DNA of 61,972 bases, counting the filler, from an uncultured bacterium (lineage in GTDB: Bacteria > DAOPZR01), in the NCBI GenBank assembly GCA_964637655.1. It is 7 parts of 7 records of this genome, joined end to end, with 100 filler letters (N's around TTAATTAATTAA, not from the genome) between each part and the next. Parts side by side here need not be neighbours in the genome. Positions count along the whole stretch, not along the records: positions 53,270 to 61,972 come from CAZWUZ010000170.1; 6 more parts are not named here. One strand, written 5' to 3'. Below are positions 58,199 to 61,972 of the stretch, piece after piece. Below the pieces are notes generated by a model. The model ran no database searches. It worked only from the letters and a program-made list of their open reading frames with translations, and was not told the DNA's origin. Every line of letters starts with the position of its first letter. Positions within the stretch are counted from its first letter, which is position 1. A program made the position numbers and the translations under genes.

Positions 58199-59893
58199 TC
58201 AAAATTTCGCATCATCGATGGAGTCGAGCCATTCCCTGATCACGCCGGTGACCCGGGACAGGCAGCCGTCTGCAAACGGCGACTCGAGTCCGGCGATTCT
58301 GACCAGATCGAGGAATGAGGCGCTTCCTCCAGCGCTGCACAGGGTGGTGTAATCCCGCCATGCCTGCAGTCGGTTTGTCCTGAATTTCTTCCATAACTGG
58401 AACGCGCAAGTCTGGGCCAGGGCGTAATCGATGTAATAGAAGGGATACGTGTAGATATGGATCTGCCGCTGCCAGAATCCGCCGTTTTCGAGGTACTCGT
58501 TCCCGGCGTAGTCTTTATCCGGCAGGTATTTTTTCTCGAGCGTCCGCCAGACCCGGTGCCGTTCCTCCGGGCTCATCTCCGGTTCCGCGTAGATGGCATG
58601 CTGGAATTCGTCCACCAGGACGCCGTAGGGAAGGAATGTCAGCGCGTCCGTGAGATGCATATACCTGTACTTGTCCGCCTCCTCCTGGAAAAAAAGGTCC
58701 ATCCAGGGCCAGGTGATGAACTCCATGCTCATGGAATGGATTTCCGCCGAGTCCGCCGTCGGGCACGCATATTCCGGCAATCCGATCTTTCTGCTCTGAT
58801 AGCGCTGGAAGGCATGTCCGGCCTCGTGGGTGAGAACGTACACGTCGTCGGACGTACCGTTGAAATTTGAAAAGATGAACGGCACCTTGTAATTCGGCAG
58901 GGAGGAGCAGTATCCGCCAGGGGCTTTGCCGGGCTTGTTGACCAGGTCCATCAGGCCATTATCAATCATCAGGTCGATGAATGATCCGGTCTCTGGTGAA
59001 AGTTCGTGGTACATCCTGCGGCCGTTGGCGACGATCCAGTCGGGATCGCCCTTGGGTTTGGGATTGCCGGTTCTGAATTTAATCGGGATGTCGTAATGAT
59101 AAAACTTGTCCAAACCGAGCCGTTTTCTCTGGCGCTCCCGCAGTTCCACGGACTGGGGCACAATCAGTGAGTGGACCTGGTCGCGGAACTGCTTTACTTG
59201 CCGGGGACCGTAATCGGACCGCGCCAGCCTCAGGTAGGCGAGTTCGGTGAAACTGCCGAATCCGAGTTTCAGGGCGATGGCATGACGCGTTCTTACGAGT
59301 TCGTCGAAGAGCCGGTCCAGTTCTTTTTTGTTCCCAGCCATGAATCCGGAACTCGCCTCCGCCGCGTTCTTCCTGATCTCCCGGTCCGGCGATTCCATGA
59401 ACGGCACGAGTCCGGTAAGATTCCGCACCTCGCCGTCGAACATGATGCGGGCCGAGGCGAGGAGTTTCTCATAAGCGGTTGCAAGTTCATTCTCCGTTTT
59501 CAGGTCGTCCATGATCTCGGGCTTGAACGTCTGCAATGTCATATCTGCCAGTTTGAAGAGGAGGGCGCCGAATCTTTTTTCCAGTCCGGGTCGGTGCGGG
59601 GAAGTGACGAGGGCCTGATAAAACCGGTTATTCAATTCCTCGAACACCGGCGAATACCGGTCGAAGAAGGCGTTCTCGGCGTCATACACGGGGTCCCGAG
59701 TGTCAATGGTATGCCTGATCCGGGCGAGAGCAGCCATGGTGTTGAGATCGTCGCGCACGATATTGATGGCTTTGATGACTTTGGACTGCGTCGCCGCGGA
59801 GCCCGCGGACTGAAACTCGGAAAGCAGGACTTCGAACCGTTCCTGAATCGATTTCGGATCCGGTCTGGTATAAGGCATGTCGGTGAATTTCAT
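58199..59893 (-). CDS. M3-family oligoendopeptidase (PepF-like)
   Basis: MKFTDMPYTRPD; GKAPGGYC, HEAGHAFQ, EIHSMSME, PFYYIDY. Confidence 0.92.
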   Translation of the reverse strand: MKFTDMPYTRPDPKSIQERFEVLLSEFQSAGSAATQSKVIKAINIVRDDLNTMAALARIRHTIDTRDPVYDAENAFFDRYSPVFEELNNRFYQALVTSPHRPGLEKRFGALLFKLADMTLQTFKPEIMDDLKTENELATAYEKLLASARIMFDGEVRNLTGLVPFMESPDREIRKNAAEASSGFMAGNKKELDRLFDELVRTRHAIALKLGFGSFTELAYLRLARSDYGPRQVKQFRDQVHSLIVPQSVELRERQRKRLGLDKFYHYDIPIKFRTGNPKPKGDPDWIVANGRRMYHELSPETGSFIDLMIDNGLMDLVNKPGKAPGGYCSSLPNYKVPFIFSNFNGTSDDVYVLTHEAGHAFQRYQSRKIGLPEYACPTADSAEIHSMSMEFITWPWMDLFFQEEADKYRYMHLTDALTFLPYGVLVDEFQHAIYAEPEMSPEERHRVWRTLEKKYLPDKDYAGNEYLENGGFWQRQIHIYTYPFYYIDYALAQTCAFQLWKKFRTNRLQAWRDYTTLCSAGGSASFLDLVRIAGLESPFADGCLSRVTGVIREWLDSIDDAKF

Positions 59894-59948
59894 CGTCGTT
59901 TGACGCCTTCCCCACCCCGCGTAGCCTGCCTTGATATCATCGCTATAA

Positions 59949-60009
59949 GGCTAACGATTAGCGCTCTGCGGGCGCCGCTGTCTGCGTCCGCTGCGGCGCG
60001 AAGTTAGCC
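59949..60009 (-). repeat. attC site
   Basis: Minus strand GGCTAAC-TTCGCGCCGCAGCGG...CCGCAGAGCGCTAATC-GTTAGCC. Confidence 0.9.
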
Positions 60010-60107
60010 GTCATGACCTTTGATGTCTAATCCGAAAATATCTAGTTAACACGAATCTCGCGTGCGCCTCTAAATGTATTGTAATAGTTGCCGAATATCG
60101 TCAACAT

Positions 60108-61304
60108 TTATATCATTCTCGTTTCTCGAAATATTTCAGCAAAGAGCTCTCGTGAATACTCGATATTCACCTTAATACTGATATTTTTCGTTGCTAAGAA
60201 TTGCAGGGCAATCGTTCTCAATTTATCTTCTGTGATACCGCTTGTTACATCGCCAGTATCATTGTCCGCAATCCCAAACTTTCCTGCTATGTACGGCAAT
60301 AGGGAAGTGCCATTTCCGTTAAATTGCAATGCTCGCAGAGTGTTTAATGGAAGCGCCCCATATGCCATTTCAGCTCCACTTGCAATATTCTCTCCGTCAG
60401 CATCTGAATATTCATTATGTTTCGTGCGAATATAGTCATGTATCATTTCATGAATACAATAACTTCTGAAAATATCATTAGCGAGGGCGGTTTCTGCACC
60501 TTCCGTTTCTGAATTAGTTATGTAAGTATTCCCAATTGCCAAATACGCCCACGCTGTTAACTGTGACTGATTGCTTAATGCTGAGAATTTTTGATTTGCA
60601 GTCCCTTCGATCAGTTGATTAAAGGCTGCCTTGGGTGTAAGGTTATATAGTCGCAGTTCTTGACCCCATTTGATATAATTACCAGTTAATCCCTTTAGAC
60701 AGTATCCATCAATAGCAATAAGTTGTTCAGAAACTCTGGTCGCCGGAGTATTTGCAGGAATGAAATATTCCCTGATAATTCGACCAGTCGCAGTCGGGTC
60801 CTCGATATAGAAGAGTGCCGTAATTTCCTTCTTTGATGAGTCATTTCCAACAGATATTTCCGAATTGATACGGATGGTTTTGTAGTCGCCATACCACTGC
60901 CTTATGTAGCTTCTTTGTGGGCTGCCCTCCCGTGCTGGACAGAATAGAACATGTTTTCCTGTCGGCAAGACTTCCGATATTTTCTCAGATATCAAGACCC
61001 ATCTTGCTAACCAATTTTCGTTAGTAAGTATTTCAGTCGGTAGTGGCGCATTTATTAATCCGTATAGCTTTTTTTCTAATTCAATACACAATGAGGTTTC
61101 CGCTTCATAAGTATAATTTTCACCCAATCTAGCCCGAGCCTGAAGGTATTCAATGTATGTTTCGTTCATTCGGTTAGCCACATTCGCTGCCTTGTACGAA
61201 TTATGCTGATAGTAATAGTAGTATATACCCACCGATACTGTGATTGTGGCAGCAATAAGTATTCCAATATATATAAATATTCTTTTCAATTTGGACATAT
61301 TCAT
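60108..61304 (-). CDS. Low-GC cassette protein, membrane-anchored, with HEXXH motif
   Basis: N-terminal TM helix; CIHEMIHD...GENIA. Confidence 0.7.
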   Translation of the reverse strand: MNMSKLKRIFIYIGILIAATITVSVGIYYYYYQHNSYKAANVANRMNETYIEYLQARARLGENYTYEAETSLCIELEKKLYGLINAPLPTEILTNENWLARWVLISEKISEVLPTGKHVLFCPAREGSPQRSYIRQWYGDYKTIRINSEISVGNDSSKKEITALFYIEDPTATGRIIREYFIPANTPATRVSEQLIAIDGYCLKGLTGNYIKWGQELRLYNLTPKAAFNQLIEGTANQKFSALSNQSQLTAWAYLAIGNTYITNSETEGAETALANDIFRSYCIHEMIHDYIRTKHNEYSDADGENIASGAEMAYGALPLNTLRALQFNGNGTSLLPYIAGKFGIADNDTGDVTSGITEDKLRTIALQFLATKNISIKVNIEYSRELFAEIFRETRMI

Positions 61305-61402
61305 TTATCTTCTCCAATCATTTTTCTGATCGCAATAGCGTCTGAATCTTCTGGCAGTCGTATCAATGTGCTGTTCATTATCTCAGTATTTCATCGCCTT
61401 AA

Positions 61403-61466
61403 GGCTAACGATTAGCGCTCAGCGGGCGCTGTTGTTTGTCGCGCCCGCTGCCGCGCGAAGTTAGCC
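61403..61466 (-). repeat. attC site
   Basis: GGCTAAC...GTTAGCC, 64 bp. Confidence 0.9.
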
Positions 61467-61498
61467 TTCCTTCCTTTTGATTTCATTGGCCAATAACT

Positions 61499-61876
61499 TC
61501 AAACATTACGCTCCCGATAAGTCTTCAAGATGAATATATTCCAAAAGGCATTGAGTGGAAATATCGGCAGAATCGACAAGACTAACAGCCCTTTCGAGAA
61601 AAGGTTGGCTGTTGCCCATCCTTTCCGAATCAAGCCCGTCAGCAATGAACTGATTATTAGTAGGTAGTGCATCGGAAATATAATTACTATCCATGTAACC
61701 ATCCATCGTTCAAGGAACCTCAGTTTATCAAATTCGTTCACTCCTTCCATGAACCAAACAAACATCACGATGGACAATACACAATATGTGAGTATTACTC
61801 CCAAATCAACAATCGAAAACAACCTTAACCAGCGTTGTCTAGGGCATTGGGAATATATTTGTGTTTCGTGCATCAC
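61499..61876 (-). CDS. Low-GC cassette membrane protein (about three TM helices)
   Basis: Fills the space between two attC sites; GGGAGG RBS. Confidence 0.7.
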   Translation of the reverse strand: MMHETQIYSQCPRQRWLRLFSIVDLGVILTYCVLSIVMFVWFMEGVNEFDKLRFLERWMVTWIVIIFPMHYLLIISSLLTGLIRKGWATANLFSKGLLVLSILPIFPLNAFWNIFILKTYRERNV

Positions 61877-61918
61877 TTTGCCTCCCGAGTTTGACTATCT
61901 CAATATTCATCGTCGTAA

Positions 61919-61972
61919 GGCTAACGATTAGCGCTCAGCGGGCGCTGTTGTTTTCCGCGCCCGCTGCCGCGC
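61919..61972 (-). repeat. attC site truncated by window end
   Basis: Near-identical to 61403-61466. Confidence 0.88.

Larger units (their letters stand above)
56969..61972 (-). mobile_element. Integron gene-cassette array: at least four cassettes and five attC sites, no integrase on this contig
   Basis: Repeated attC sites separating co-oriented ORFs of heterogeneous GC. Confidence 0.88.

Noticed and set aside
56969-61972. Repeats considered as a CRISPR array
   Set aside because: Units are over 60 bp, separated by 0.45-2.3 kb of genes, and have RYYYAAC/GTTRRRY ends, so they are attC sites; no cas genes seen

Overview
The window is not one locus. It is seven unlinked contigs of about 8.7-8.9 kb, joined by 100-nt N spacers carrying a TTAATTAATTAA all-frame stop linker (1-8891, 8992-17796, 17897-26688, 26789-35531, 35632-44361, 44462-53169, 53270-61972). 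They look like a draft or MAG of a GC-rich diderm bacterium, and adjacency across spacers means nothing. Housekeeping genes: hisD-hisC-hisB, proS followed by a probable PolC N-terminus, galT, nnr, an Aas-like gene and an OPA-family MFS transporter. Accessory content: an MmeI-family Type IIL restriction-modification gene flanked by HicAB-type modules; tandem type IV pilins with an O-oligosaccharyltransferase; a KamA-Ddl-Ddl-GNAT operon; an NHLP precursor beside an HATPase-like/RRE/M50 protease; an integron cassette array with five attC sites; a truncated intI with an attI-like edge; and a mobilisable element. The best candidate for a new system is that element's MOBF relaxase-helicase, which carries an apparently intact GGDEF (diguanylate cyclase) domain in-frame and sits next to its own coupling protein. 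All calls are by-eye motif recognition; no searches were run.
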